A stretch of DNA of 63,237 nt, the filler included. It is 5 parts of 5 records of this genome, joined end to end, with 100 filler letters (N's around TTAATTAATTAA, not from the genome) between each part and the next. Parts side by side here need not be neighbours in the genome. Positions count along the whole stretch, not along the records: positions 1 to 17,427 come from SRR31156797_8754; 4 more parts are not named here. One strand, given 5' to 3'. Shown here one piece after another: positions 1 through 10,561 of the stretch (its first letter is position 1; the number at the start of each line of letters is the position of its first letter). The notes below the pieces were generated by a model that made no database searches, had not been told where the DNA came from, and was given only the letters and a program-made list of their open reading frames with translations. A program made the position numbers and the translations under genes.

Positions 1-459
<459 letters not shown>

Positions 460-494
460 TTACTTTTCTATTTAATGATCTCGGTCTGCTTTAT

Positions 495-510
495 TTCAAA
501 TGCCATGCCA
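495..510 (-). promoter_or_regulatory. Sigma54-like -24/-12 element upstream of dnaK
   Basis: Minus strand reads TGGCATG-GCAT-TTGAA; TGTCA/TGACA half-sites lie further upstream at 522, 541, 573, 585. Confidence 0.5.
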
Positions 511-765
511 TGCGAAAAATGTGTCAGTTTGATGAAATATTGACACAAAAGCATACCTAAAATAATCTACACTGTCAGTTTTAATGACAAAAAGACATTT
601 CGTCATATATGTAATAATTCTTTGCGAAATACAAGTTATAATAAAGCCATCCAAGCAATATGCCATCCCTAATAAAACAATTCACACACCTTAGATTTTA
701 CGAATCAAGGTAATTTTGTTTCCGTTCTCCTCATCCAGCGGAGATAAAACCTTAATATCATAAAT

Positions 766-3051
766 ATGAAGAAAATCACACTCCTGTTACTGGGCTTATC
801 TTTACTTAGCTCATGTCTTATGGCACAGGTTTCAATCATTCGTGAAGGCGGCTGGTTAGAAACGGCTTTTATTGAATGGACCTCCGAGGAAAATCCTGAT
901 AGCTATAATGTGTATTATACTGGCGAAGGAATTGCACAACAAAAAATAGACGCACAACTTATACGCGATTACGGAACTTATTATAGAGCAGATATTCCCG
1001 GATTAAAAGCTGGTAGTTATACCCTTACTATTACCCCGGTAATTGAGAATGAAGAAGGGCAGAGTGCAACTTCTGGGTCGATAAGCGTTTTAGCACACGA
1101 CAGAAGTGGATTTGCTTTTTCCAACGGACGTATTCCCGGAGCATATAAGGCAAATGGTACACCTAAAGACAATGCTGTCATATTATACATCTCCGAAAAT
1201 TCCAAAAACACCATATCCATGGATGTTACCGGAGCCAATGAAAATCCATGCGTGGGATTGGAAATGATTTTAGAAGGATTTAAAAAAGGGAATGATAACA
1301 GACCTTTAATTGTAAGGTTAATCGGTCAGATAACCGACTTAGCATATATGGACAAAGGTGACATTGTGGTAGAAAACAAAAACAATGCTTCGAGCTACAT
1401 TACAATAGAAGGAATTGGCGAAGATGCCGTTGCCGACGGTTGGGGTATTCGCGTAAAGAATGCCAGCAATATCGAAATCAGAAACCTTGGCACCATGAAT
1501 TGCGACAGTAATGAAGGTGACAATATTGGTCTGCAACAAAACAATGACTATATATGGGTACATCACTGCGACTTTTTTTATGGCGGAGCCGGGGGCGATG
1601 CAGATCAGGCCAAAGGTGATGGTGCTCTTGACTGTAAAAAATCAACCTTCGTAACTTTCTCTTATAATCACTTTTGGGATTCGGGTAAATGTAATTTACT
1701 TGGATTAAGTGAAGGTACAACCGAAGGTTATTACATTACTTACCACCATAACTGGTATGATCATTCGGACTCAAGACACCCACGGGTTCGTTTTTACTCA
1801 GCACATGTATATAACAATTATTACGATGGTAATTCTAAGTATGGCGTGGGCTCTACTGAAGGTTCTTCTGTTTTTGTGGAAGCCAATTATTTCCGCCACT
1901 GTAAATATCCCATGTTGATCTCTATGCAAGGCTCCGATGTGTATGACGAAAGCACTTCATCTAACGATTACTCCGATATGCCTACTTTTTCCAAAGAAGA
2001 TGGAGGAATTATTAAAGCCTATAATAATTATATAAGCGATGCTAGGCGTTTAGTTGCCTATGGAGACGAAAGCTACACTAATTCATCAATCGATTTTGAT
2101 GCATACCTTGTTTCATCCAGAAACGAAACCGTGCCATCTACTGTTGCATCTAACTATGGAGGCAATTCCTATAACAATTTTGACACAAATACATCGCTGA
2201 TGTATAGCTATAGTCCGGATTCTCCTGAAGAAGCTAAAGAGAATGTAATGGCCTATGCCGGCAGAATGAATGGCGGTGATTTTTCATGGTCTTTTTCTGA
2301 TTCGGATGATACATCTTATGCCGTTGATGGTGATTTAAAAAATGCCCTGACATCTTACGAAACCAGTCTGCTCGGCATACAGGAAGATGCGGAACCTGAT
2401 AATAGCAATGGATCGGGCGGTGAGACAGGTGGTGAAACAGGTGGTGAAACCGGAAATGAAATTGAAGGAGATATTGTTCATAATTTTACAGCATCCGGAT
2501 TAAGCAGCTCTTATTTTAATATCACCGGTAACTTATCCGACTCCAAAGGAACCGTTACATACGGAGACTTAAATCTATCGCAATGTTTAAAAATTGAATC
2601 CAGCACCAATATTGCATTCACAACAACGGAAGAAGCCTCCATTACTTTAGTGTTTAATGAAACTTACTCCGGCAGAATAAAAATTGATGGTAATAATTAC
2701 ACGGCTAGTTCCGGTATTGTTACAACTACACTGGTAGCTGGAGAACACACTATTACTAAATCGGATGTAGCCAATCTTTATTTAATCAGTCTGGCTTTTT
2801 CTACAACGGATATTTCATTAGCAGAACATAATTCAATTAAACTCTATCCTAATCCAGTCAAAGACCTTCTGCATATTAAATCTGAGCTTCAGATTGAGAG
2901 TATTGATATTTATTCTATAAACGGTAAGCTTAGCCTAAAGGCACCACTTCAAGGGCAAACTATTAATGCAAGCAAATTACAACAAGGGGTATATATTGTA
3001 AAAATATTGACAAGACAGGCAGTATACCAACAAGCTTTTTTAAAGCAGTAA
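766..3051 (+). CDS. Secreted pectate lyase (PL1) with C-terminal T9SS sorting domain
   Basis: Signal peptide; WVHH, DGALD and RHPRVR...HVYNNYY PL1 motifs; GGET linker; C-terminal LYPNPVKD...GVYIVKI T9SS CTD. Confidence 0.93.
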   Translation: MKKITLLLLGLSLLSSCLMAQVSIIREGGWLETAFIEWTSEENPDSYNVYYTGEGIAQQKIDAQLIRDYGTYYRADIPGLKAGSYTLTITPVIENEEGQSATSGSISVLAHDRSGFAFSNGRIPGAYKANGTPKDNAVILYISENSKNTISMDVTGANENPCVGLEMILEGFKKGNDNRPLIVRLIGQITDLAYMDKGDIVVENKNNASSYITIEGIGEDAVADGWGIRVKNASNIEIRNLGTMNCDSNEGDNIGLQQNNDYIWVHHCDFFYGGAGGDADQAKGDGALDCKKSTFVTFSYNHFWDSGKCNLLGLSEGTTEGYYITYHHNWYDHSDSRHPRVRFYSAHVYNNYYDGNSKYGVGSTEGSSVFVEANYFRHCKYPMLISMQGSDVYDESTSSNDYSDMPTFSKEDGGIIKAYNNYISDARRLVAYGDESYTNSSIDFDAYLVSSRNETVPSTVASNYGGNSYNNFDTNTSLMYSYSPDSPEEAKENVMAYAGRMNGGDFSWSFSDSDDTSYAVDGDLKNALTSYETSLLGIQEDAEPDNSNGSGGETGGETGGETGNEIEGDIVHNFTASGLSSSYFNITGNLSDSKGTVTYGDLNLSQCLKIESSTNIAFTTTEEASITLVFNETYSGRIKIDGNNYTASSGIVTTTLVAGEHTITKSDVANLYLISLAFSTTDISLAEHNSIKLYPNPVKDLLHIKSELQIESIDIYSINGKLSLKAPLQGQTINASKLQQGVYIVKILTRQAVYQQAFLKQ

Positions 3052-3076
3052 TAATTAATTAAAGACATCAGTAATC

Positions 3077-3120
3077 TCGAGCACCGACTATTTATCTCTA
3101 TATAAATAGTCGGAGTTCGA
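3077..3120 (+). terminator. Long stem-loop after pectate lyase
   Basis: TCGA..CCGACTATTTAT / ATAAATAGTCGG..TCGA inverted repeat. Confidence 0.6.
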
Positions 3121-3425
3121 TTGCCCTACAACAAAAAGTCCCCAAAGCCCTATTATTAGCCCCTAGGCAGATACATCCCTTCCTTAAGTTAGATATATTT
3201 CTCCATCGGCTCGAGAACAGCTCCAATCATAAAAAGATTTTATTCCCTTGATTAAATCTGCTTTTCACTTACATTCAACCACCCCTATTTTTAGGTAGTC
3301 AATAAGGTAATCTTATCCATCATTTTCTCTCCACCCGAATAAAATTAACCACTTTTAGGGATTTAAGACCTGGATGTCTTTTTCTATTTTTAGCGATTTC
3401 ATTTTTTGAACTATAATAAGCACAA

Positions 3426-4805
3426 ATGACAAGAATAAGCATTCAGATTTTCACGCTGTTTTTGATGATCTTGATATTAGGATCATGTCAATCAGATAAT
3501 GTTAATCCAACCTCGCAACTGGAAGGTGAACTGGCAGGTGGTGAAACCACTGTATTCATAAGTAACAGCCAAGCCTTTGGCACACCTGCTCCTAACCTAA
3601 GCGAAGCTAATCTCGAAAAGCATTTAGAAGGCGACCAGGCTTTTGAAGCCATATTTGTATCGAGTCCTGCACCAAAACAAGGAGGTTTAGGACCGGTTTT
3701 TAACAATACTTCTTGTATTGCATGTCACCCATCCGATGGCAGAGCCTCAGTTCCTGCTAATGTAAATTCCCTAAGCGGATTCTTTTTCAGGATAAGCATT
3801 CCTGGTGAAGGAGCAAACGGCGGCCCTAACCCAGTTCCGGGATTTGGAACCCAAATGCAACATCAGGCTTTGTTTGGTTATCAACCTGAAGCCCTGATGA
3901 CACGTGAATACGAATATTTTACTGAGGTTTTAAGTGATGGCACTGAGATTGAATTACAAAAACCCAATTACGGCATAAAAGATCCCTACATCACTCTCCC
4001 TGCTGATGTACAAATATCTCCACGAATTGGCATGCCTGTTTTTGGTTTAGGTCTATTACAAGCCATCAAAGAAGACGATATTCTGGCGCATGCCGATGAA
4101 AACGACAGTGATGGTGATGGTATATCCGGTAAGCCCAATTATGTGTGGGATGCCGTTTCCCAAAGTGTTCAGCTTGGCAGATTTGGTTGGAAAGCGGGTA
4201 CTTCTAATATTCTGGCTCAGGCCGCCGGAGCCTACAACGATGATATGGGACTCACCACTCCCATTCACCCTGTTGAAGCTTCATACGGGCAAAGCAATGG
4301 CGATCCTGATGCAATATCACCTGAAGTGAGCCAGGAAGAGCTGGATGCCGTTACCTTTTATTGCTTAACACTTGGGGTACCTGCTGCCAGAAATATAAAT
4401 GATCAAAATGTGGTGCAAGGACGAAAAATATTTGATCAATTAGCTTGCAATCAATGCCATACCCCATCATACACCACTGGCTTGATTGAGGGTCTTCCTG
4501 AAATATCAGAACAAACTATTTATCCATATACCGATATGCTTTTGCACGATATGGGAGAAGGACTAGCCGATAACAGAAACGAATTTAAAGCTAATGGGCA
4601 AGAGTGGAAAACACGTCCGCTTTGGGGAATTGGATTAACCAATGTAACGAGTGGACACACCACTTTTTTACACGATGGAAGAGCCAGAAATATTACTGAA
4701 GCGATCCTATGGCATGGAGGCGAAGCACAGGCTTCTACAGATGGCTTTAAAGCTTTAAAAACAGCAGATAGAGAAAAACTATTGCAATTTTTGAATTCGC
4801 TTTAG
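3426..4805 (+). CDS. Di-heme oxidoreductase-family lipoprotein (DHOR/DUF1111)
   Basis: Lipobox LGSC; GLGPVFN, CIACH, GRFGWKA, CNQCH, LHDMG, WKTRPLWGIG, LHDGRAR motifs. Confidence 0.92.
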   Translation: MTRISIQIFTLFLMILILGSCQSDNVNPTSQLEGELAGGETTVFISNSQAFGTPAPNLSEANLEKHLEGDQAFEAIFVSSPAPKQGGLGPVFNNTSCIACHPSDGRASVPANVNSLSGFFFRISIPGEGANGGPNPVPGFGTQMQHQALFGYQPEALMTREYEYFTEVLSDGTEIELQKPNYGIKDPYITLPADVQISPRIGMPVFGLGLLQAIKEDDILAHADENDSDGDGISGKPNYVWDAVSQSVQLGRFGWKAGTSNILAQAAGAYNDDMGLTTPIHPVEASYGQSNGDPDAISPEVSQEELDAVTFYCLTLGVPAARNINDQNVVQGRKIFDQLACNQCHTPSYTTGLIEGLPEISEQTIYPYTDMLLHDMGEGLADNRNEFKANGQEWKTRPLWGIGLTNVTSGHTTFLHDGRARNITEAILWHGGEAQASTDGFKALKTADREKLLQFLNSL

Positions 4806-5117
4806 CAGAATCACATTATTGCCTTCTAAAGAAAAATAATAATCCTCTCCACACGCAACACCCCTCCTAAAATTCGGGAGGGGAAATAAGCTCAATTTTA
4901 TCCTCTTGAATAAAGAATGAGGAGTTCAACACTACTCAATAATTATAAAAACACAACATACCCCTAAACTTTTATTTGAATCTGGCAAACAATTAACTCC
5001 CACCCCCTCTTCTATCCCCATTTTTAGGGATAGACATCTTTACCAAACAATTGGTATTGCCCTACCCTCATATAATCCATTGCTTTGTAATGTTCAAATC
5101 GGATAACATTCAATTCA

Positions 5118-6380
5118 ATGAAAAGGGAAAAAGTATTGTACAAAATTTTATTCGTGATTTTATTTATCTCAATAAGTCACATTTTAAAGTCTCAGGCACC
5201 GGGAAACTTTTCTAAATACCGCTTTGGTGGTTATGGCGAAATCCTATACCAAAGAATGGATTATAGTGCCGACAGATACAGCAGTGCTGATGGTGCACAA
5301 AAAGAAAACAGGGCATTTATCACCTTACCTCGTGTGGTTTTTTCTTTCGATTATAAATTCAGAGACGATATTATTTTAACATCCGAGATTGAATTTGAAT
5401 ATGGCGGAACCGGTTCTGCTTTGGAATTAGAATATGAAGAAGCCGGTGAGTATGAAATGGAAGTAGAACACGGAGGAGAGGTTGTACTGGAACAATTAAT
5501 TATCACCAAAATATTTAATAAGCATTTAAGTTTAACTGCAGGGCATTTAATAGTTCCTGTTGGACAAACAAATGCCCGCCACGAATCCATCACTTACTTT
5601 GGAACCGTTAGACCGGAAAGTGAAACTTCCATTATTCCATTAACCTGGCACGAAACAGGAATCTCGTTCAATGCAAATTATAAAAGATGGAGAGCTCAAT
5701 TATTTATTGTAAACGGATTGGATGCCAATGGTTTTTCTTCTGCCTATTGGGTTAGATCGGGTAAACAAGGATTATTTGAAAATGTAAAAATGACTGATCC
5801 TGCTTTTGCCTATCGTATCGAAAATACAAGTGTTAAAAACTTACGTTTAAGTTCTTCCGGATATTTTGGAAATAGTACTGGTAATACGCAAAAACCAGAA
5901 AAAATGGGAGACTTAAAAGGTCAGGTGAGCATTGTTACGGGAGATTTTGAGTTTAACAATCGTAAAATCATTGCGCGAGGAAATGTAGTATGGGGAAACC
6001 TTTCAGATTCCTACGAAATCTCATCTATCAATAAAAATATTTCTAAAAACATTCAATACCAACGTACGCCGGTTGCTCAAAATGCCCTGGCATACGGAAT
6101 GGAATGTGGTTATGCCTTTCAGCTAAAAGAAAAAGGCAGTCGGATTATTCCTTTTGCCAGATACGAATATTACAATTCTATGGAGAATACAGCTGCCGAC
6201 ATGTTAGCTGATGCGAGATATAAAAGAGACGTAACCACATTCGGAGTAAATTATTTTATGACGCCGGCTGTAGCTATAAAAGCAGATTACAGCCACCGAA
6301 GAATTGGGTTAGGCGATTATAACCACGAGAACACCTTTGGCTTGGCTCTGGTTTACACAGGCTGGTTTATGCAGAAATAA
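5118..6380 (+). CDS. Outer-membrane porin-like beta-barrel
   Basis: Signal peptide; GGYGE, EIEFE and IIPLTWHETG motifs of porins found beside imelysin genes; aromatic-rich C-terminus. Confidence 0.75.
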   Translation: MKREKVLYKILFVILFISISHILKSQAPGNFSKYRFGGYGEILYQRMDYSADRYSSADGAQKENRAFITLPRVVFSFDYKFRDDIILTSEIEFEYGGTGSALELEYEEAGEYEMEVEHGGEVVLEQLIITKIFNKHLSLTAGHLIVPVGQTNARHESITYFGTVRPESETSIIPLTWHETGISFNANYKRWRAQLFIVNGLDANGFSSAYWVRSGKQGLFENVKMTDPAFAYRIENTSVKNLRLSSSGYFGNSTGNTQKPEKMGDLKGQVSIVTGDFEFNNRKIIARGNVVWGNLSDSYEISSINKNISKNIQYQRTPVAQNALAYGMECGYAFQLKEKGSRIIPFARYEYYNSMENTAADMLADARYKRDVTTFGVNYFMTPAVAIKADYSHRRIGLGDYNHENTFGLALVYTGWFMQK

Positions 6381-6520
6381 CAAACACAAATTCAATACTT
6401 AACTAATTTTTACATTAAAAACTAACAATATGAAACGAACCACTGGAAATGTTTCTCTCGCAGAATGTTCCATAATGGGAGTTCCATCGAATACAAATAA
6501 TATCTAAAAACCATAATGAG

Positions 6521-7636
6521 ATGAAAAAGTTAATACTATTTAGTGCTATTGCAGCTCTTTTATTTAATGCTTGTTCCGATGACGAAACACCGGGAGACAA
6601 AAGCTACGGTAACGATTATGACTTTTCAGCTATAATTGCAGACTACGTTGATTACACTGTAGTTCCTACATATGCTGACATGAAAGATAAATCAGCTTTA
6701 ATGTTGGGTGCCACTGAAGATTTTTTAGCCTCAGGATCTCAGGATGACATTAATATGGCTTGCGAATACTGGAAACAAACTCGTCAACCTTGGGAATGTA
6801 GTGAAGCCTTTTTATTCGGACCTGCTGCCAACCAAAGTTTAGATCCATTATTGGATTCTTGGCCATTGGATCAGGCACAGTTAGATCAAGTTTTAGCCAG
6901 TAATCAAACAATTGATGCAGCCTATGTAAAAGATGCTTTAGGAGCTGTATTAAGAGGTTTCCACACAATTGAATACTTATTGTTCCGTGATGGAGAAGCT
7001 CGTACTGCAACCGACGTCACCGACCGTGAAAAAGAATATTTAGTAGCCGTTACAGAAGTTTTAAGAGACGACTGTTTGTTTTTATGGGCACTCTGGGCTG
7101 GTGTTGAAGACGGTACTACAGAAGCTACTTTAGTTGAAGAATTGGAGCTTGAAATTGGAACACCATATGCTGAAATCCTTAAAAATGCAGGGAATGCAGG
7201 AAGTATTTACCTGTCTCAAACCGATGCTGTAGACGAAATTTTATTAGGTATTTCAGGTATTGCAGATGAGGTCGCAAATGCTAAAATTGCCGATCCAGTG
7301 AGTAGCGGTGATGTATTGGAGGTAGAATCATGGTTTAGCTGGAACTCATTAACTGACTTCCAAAACAACGTTAGAAGTATCGAAAATTCTTATTTAGGAG
7401 GATACGATGGCGGAACTTCAGGAGCTTGTCTTTCTGACTATGTAAAAGAAAAAGATGCTGATTTAGATACAAAGGTTAAAGGATTAATCACTGACGCTAT
7501 TGATGCTATCGCTGACATTCCTTACCCTTTCAGAAATAATTTAAATAATCAAGATAAAGTCAATGCAGCAATGGATGCAGTTAATGCGGTTGCTTCGGTT
7601 TTCGACGAAGAAGTAAGACCGCTGTTCATTGACTAA
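6521..7636 (+). CDS. Imelysin-family (peptidase M75/IrpA-like) metal-binding lipoprotein
   Basis: Lipobox FNAC; WECSEAFLFGP, LDSWP and GFHTIE (GxHxxE) motifs. Confidence 0.92.
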   Translation: MKKLILFSAIAALLFNACSDDETPGDKSYGNDYDFSAIIADYVDYTVVPTYADMKDKSALMLGATEDFLASGSQDDINMACEYWKQTRQPWECSEAFLFGPAANQSLDPLLDSWPLDQAQLDQVLASNQTIDAAYVKDALGAVLRGFHTIEYLLFRDGEARTATDVTDREKEYLVAVTEVLRDDCLFLWALWAGVEDGTTEATLVEELELEIGTPYAEILKNAGNAGSIYLSQTDAVDEILLGISGIADEVANAKIADPVSSGDVLEVESWFSWNSLTDFQNNVRSIENSYLGGYDGGTSGACLSDYVKEKDADLDTKVKGLITDAIDAIADIPYPFRNNLNNQDKVNAAMDAVNAVASVFDEEVRPLFID

Positions 7637-7692
7637 TTGTTTTCCTTTTCAGAGCAGGTAATATGGGATTATATGCTTGCTCGTCTTCATCA

Positions 7693-7724
7693 AAAGAACT
7701 GTCCTTAACGAAGGATAGTTCTTT
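7693..7724 (+). terminator. Intra-cluster stem-loop
   Basis: AAGAACTGTCCTT-AACG-AAGGATAGTTCTT. Confidence 0.6.
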
Positions 7725-7863
7725 CTTAAAGTTTTAAACGAGACAAAAAGGAAAAACAATCTACAAAGACCTTTCGCACTGCGAGTACTTACAACAACTT
7801 ATAGCCTATTATGCAAGAGGTTCCCCAAACCAATTGCACGTGAACAACCAGATAATAATTACG

Positions 7864-9267
7864 ATGTTGAAAAGGAAAATTCTAATTGTAATGGTCATTA
7901 TTGGTGCCTGGATAAGCGGATGTAGTGTCAACGAATCTGAAGATATCCTAACACCCGGTGGCAGAGTTGCTCTACCCGAAGAGTTATCTGCCGGAGAATC
8001 GACTGTTTTTAATTCTACCAGTAAAGCTTTTGATACACCCGCTTCTTGGGTAACAGGAGAATTGTCTGCGCTCTTTTTAGAAGGAGATGCGCTTTATGAT
8101 AACCCCAGGGTTTCGGATGGTAACCCTGTGAATGGTGGATTAGGTCCTGTTTATGCTGGTTACTCATGCGCCAGTTGCCACAACGATGCCGGAAGAACAA
8201 AATCCACATTATTTACCGATGGTGGTACAGGCCAATACGGCTTCTCCTCTTTCCTAACTTTTATCCGTACTCCTAACGGTCAAAACCACAAAAATTACGG
8301 TCGCGTATTACACGATCAGGCTGTATATGGATCTCAGCCAGAAGGCAAAGTACGCGCAACCTACACCGAAAAGCACTATAATTTTCCGGATGGAGAAAGC
8401 TATAGTTTAATAACACCACACTACGAAATTTACGATTGGTACTCAGATTCTATTCCTGTGGAACAATTAGAGATGACAGTTCGCACCCCCTTACGTCATG
8501 TGGGAATGGGCTTAATGCTTGCTGTTGATAAAAACGAAATTAAAGAGTTAGCCAGCATCCAGTATCCTGAATACGGTATTTCAGGAGAAATTAACTGGAT
8601 TGTGGAGCGAAATACAAAACAAATAGGATTATCCGGCCACAAAGCACAGCACTCTGATTTAACGGTAGAGCTTGGTTTTTTATCTGATATGGGCGTAACC
8701 AATGATCGTTATCCACACGAAGTATCTGAAGGTCAATCGCAGGTAACCGACGAATATGACATCCAGATTACAACTGAAGAAATGGCTGCCGTGGATTTTT
8801 ACATGCACAGCTTAGGTGTACCTGCCCGAAGAGCAGTTCAAAACGAGACAGTACAAAAAGGCGAAGAACTTTTTTTTCAGGCCAAATGCCACTTATGCCA
8901 CACCCCTACGCTTCACACGCAAAAAGAAGGTGTAAAACTATTGGATGGTACTAGCTTACCATGGCTGGGAGGACAAACCATACATCCATATACCGATTAT
9001 TTATTACACGATATGGGTCCAGAATTAGGAGACGATTACTCCCAGTTCAACGCATCCGGCGACGAGTGGCGAACCACACCTTTATGGGGAATTGGCTTAC
9101 AGGAAGTAGTCAACGGTCATAGCCATTTTTTACACGATGGCAGAGCCCGAAACTTTACAGAAGCCATCATGTGGCACGGAGGAGAAGGAGATGTTTCCAG
9201 ACAAATATTCTCAAAAATGACACAAAAAGAACGCGAAACACTCATCATGTTTTTGCGCTCTCTTTAA
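7864..9267 (+). CDS. Second di-heme DHOR/DUF1111 lipoprotein
   Basis: Lipobox ISGC; CASCH and CHLCH; LHDMG, WRTTPLWGIG, LHDGRAR; ATG 7864 preferred over TTG 7834. Confidence 0.92.
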   Translation: MLKRKILIVMVIIGAWISGCSVNESEDILTPGGRVALPEELSAGESTVFNSTSKAFDTPASWVTGELSALFLEGDALYDNPRVSDGNPVNGGLGPVYAGYSCASCHNDAGRTKSTLFTDGGTGQYGFSSFLTFIRTPNGQNHKNYGRVLHDQAVYGSQPEGKVRATYTEKHYNFPDGESYSLITPHYEIYDWYSDSIPVEQLEMTVRTPLRHVGMGLMLAVDKNEIKELASIQYPEYGISGEINWIVERNTKQIGLSGHKAQHSDLTVELGFLSDMGVTNDRYPHEVSEGQSQVTDEYDIQITTEEMAAVDFYMHSLGVPARRAVQNETVQKGEELFFQAKCHLCHTPTLHTQKEGVKLLDGTSLPWLGGQTIHPYTDYLLHDMGPELGDDYSQFNASGDEWRTTPLWGIGLQEVVNGHSHFLHDGRARNFTEAIMWHGGEGDVSRQIFSKMTQKERETLIMFLRSL

Positions 9268-9301
9268 CTCATAGAAATTAATTGACAATTATTAGTAAAG
9301 C

Positions 9302-9370
9302 ACTGATTACTGTAGACTGTAGACTGATTACTGCTAACTGTTTACTGTAAACTGATCATTGATAACTGAA
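9302..9370 (+). repeat. Degenerate heptamer tandem repeat (ACTGnnn) x~10
   Basis: actgatt-actgtag-actgtag-actgatt-actgcta-actgttt-actgtaa-actgatc-attgata-actgaa. Confidence 0.85.
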
Positions 9371-9387
9371 AATAGACAAACTTGCTT

Positions 9388-10548
9388 ATGTATTTCGATA
9401 AAATTAAAACAAACCTGGTAGATATAAATTACTCCAAATTTGACGGAGCTAATTCTGAAGAATACAACATCATCATGCAACCAAACATAAATGGTTCCAT
9501 TGATGAACAAATAAATGCCTTACGATTAGGTCTGGAATTATTCTTTAAAAAAGAAGCCTGTACTTCTGATGACATTGCTTTTCAACGTTTATTCGTGAGC
9601 GATTTCACCAATCAATCCGCTGACTTATACAATGCCGATTTATTTAACTGCGATTGTGCTTTGTCCATCGTACAACAAAGTCCTTTAAACGGTAATAAAG
9701 TGGCCTTGTGGACTACTATCTACAAAGGAAAAGAGAATGCCATTTTCAGGAAAGAAAAGGACGATTGCAAACTGGTGATTGATCACAACGGTTACCAGCA
9801 TATGTATACCACTCAAATGATTGGTGATAAGGACAACAATTGTTCCTATGATCAAACCAATCATATTTTCGATGATTATCTGCGTATGCTTGATGGTCAT
9901 AATCTAACATTGAAGGAGCATTGTATTCGTACCTGGTTTTATGTACGCGATATTGATAACAACTACGCCGGAATGGTTAAAGCCAGAAACGAAATCTTTG
10001 ATCAATACCAAATGACCAAGGATACGCATTTTATTACCAGCACAGGAATCGAAGGTCGTTTTGCCGATCCTTCTGCTTTAGTTTTACTGGATACGTATGC
10101 TGTTGGTGGAATCAAGCCCGAGCAGATTAAATTTTTAGAAGCTCGTGATTACCTGAATCCAACACACGAATACGGAGTAGCTTTTGAACGCGGAACAGCT
10201 GTTGATTATGGCGATCGCAGACAGATATTTATTTCCGGAACTGCAAGTATCGATAACAAAGGAGAGATTGTTCACGTGGGTGATATTCACGGGCAAATCA
10301 ACCGTACCTTCGAAAATATTCAGGCTTTATTAAGCGAAGCAGAATCCAATCTGGATGACATTAGCAGCATGATTGTTTATCTGCGCGATGTAGCAGATTA
10401 TAACGTTACCGAAGATTACATGAAAAAGAATTATCCGCATTTGCCATACATAATTGTACTGGCTCCTGTTTGTCGTCCGGGATGGTTAATTGAAATTGAA
10501 TGTATTGCAGTAAAGGAAATCGATAACAAAGGATACAACTGCTTTTAA
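9388..10548 (+). CDS. Rid (YjgF/YER057c/UK114) superfamily enzyme, FkbO/Hyg5 chorismatase-like
   Basis: RTWFYVRDID, FERG, FISGTASI and C-terminal VCRPGWLIEIE motifs; no signal peptide. Confidence 0.8.
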   Translation: MYFDKIKTNLVDINYSKFDGANSEEYNIIMQPNINGSIDEQINALRLGLELFFKKEACTSDDIAFQRLFVSDFTNQSADLYNADLFNCDCALSIVQQSPLNGNKVALWTTIYKGKENAIFRKEKDDCKLVIDHNGYQHMYTTQMIGDKDNNCSYDQTNHIFDDYLRMLDGHNLTLKEHCIRTWFYVRDIDNNYAGMVKARNEIFDQYQMTKDTHFITSTGIEGRFADPSALVLLDTYAVGGIKPEQIKFLEARDYLNPTHEYGVAFERGTAVDYGDRRQIFISGTASIDNKGEIVHVGDIHGQINRTFENIQALLSEAESNLDDISSMIVYLRDVADYNVTEDYMKKNYPHLPYIIVLAPVCRPGWLIEIECIAVKEIDNKGYNCF

Positions 10549-10561
10549 TGAGGAGGAAATA

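Noticed and set aside
2416-2455. 12-bp tandem repeat (GGET)x3
   Set aside because: Ordinary flexible linker in the pectate lyase
4861-4884. CCCCTCC...GGAGGGG hairpin
   Set aside because: Single copy in the window; a generic REP/terminator-like palindrome with no further support
9302-9370. Possible CRISPR array
   Set aside because: 7-nt period with no unique spacers; no cas genes in the window
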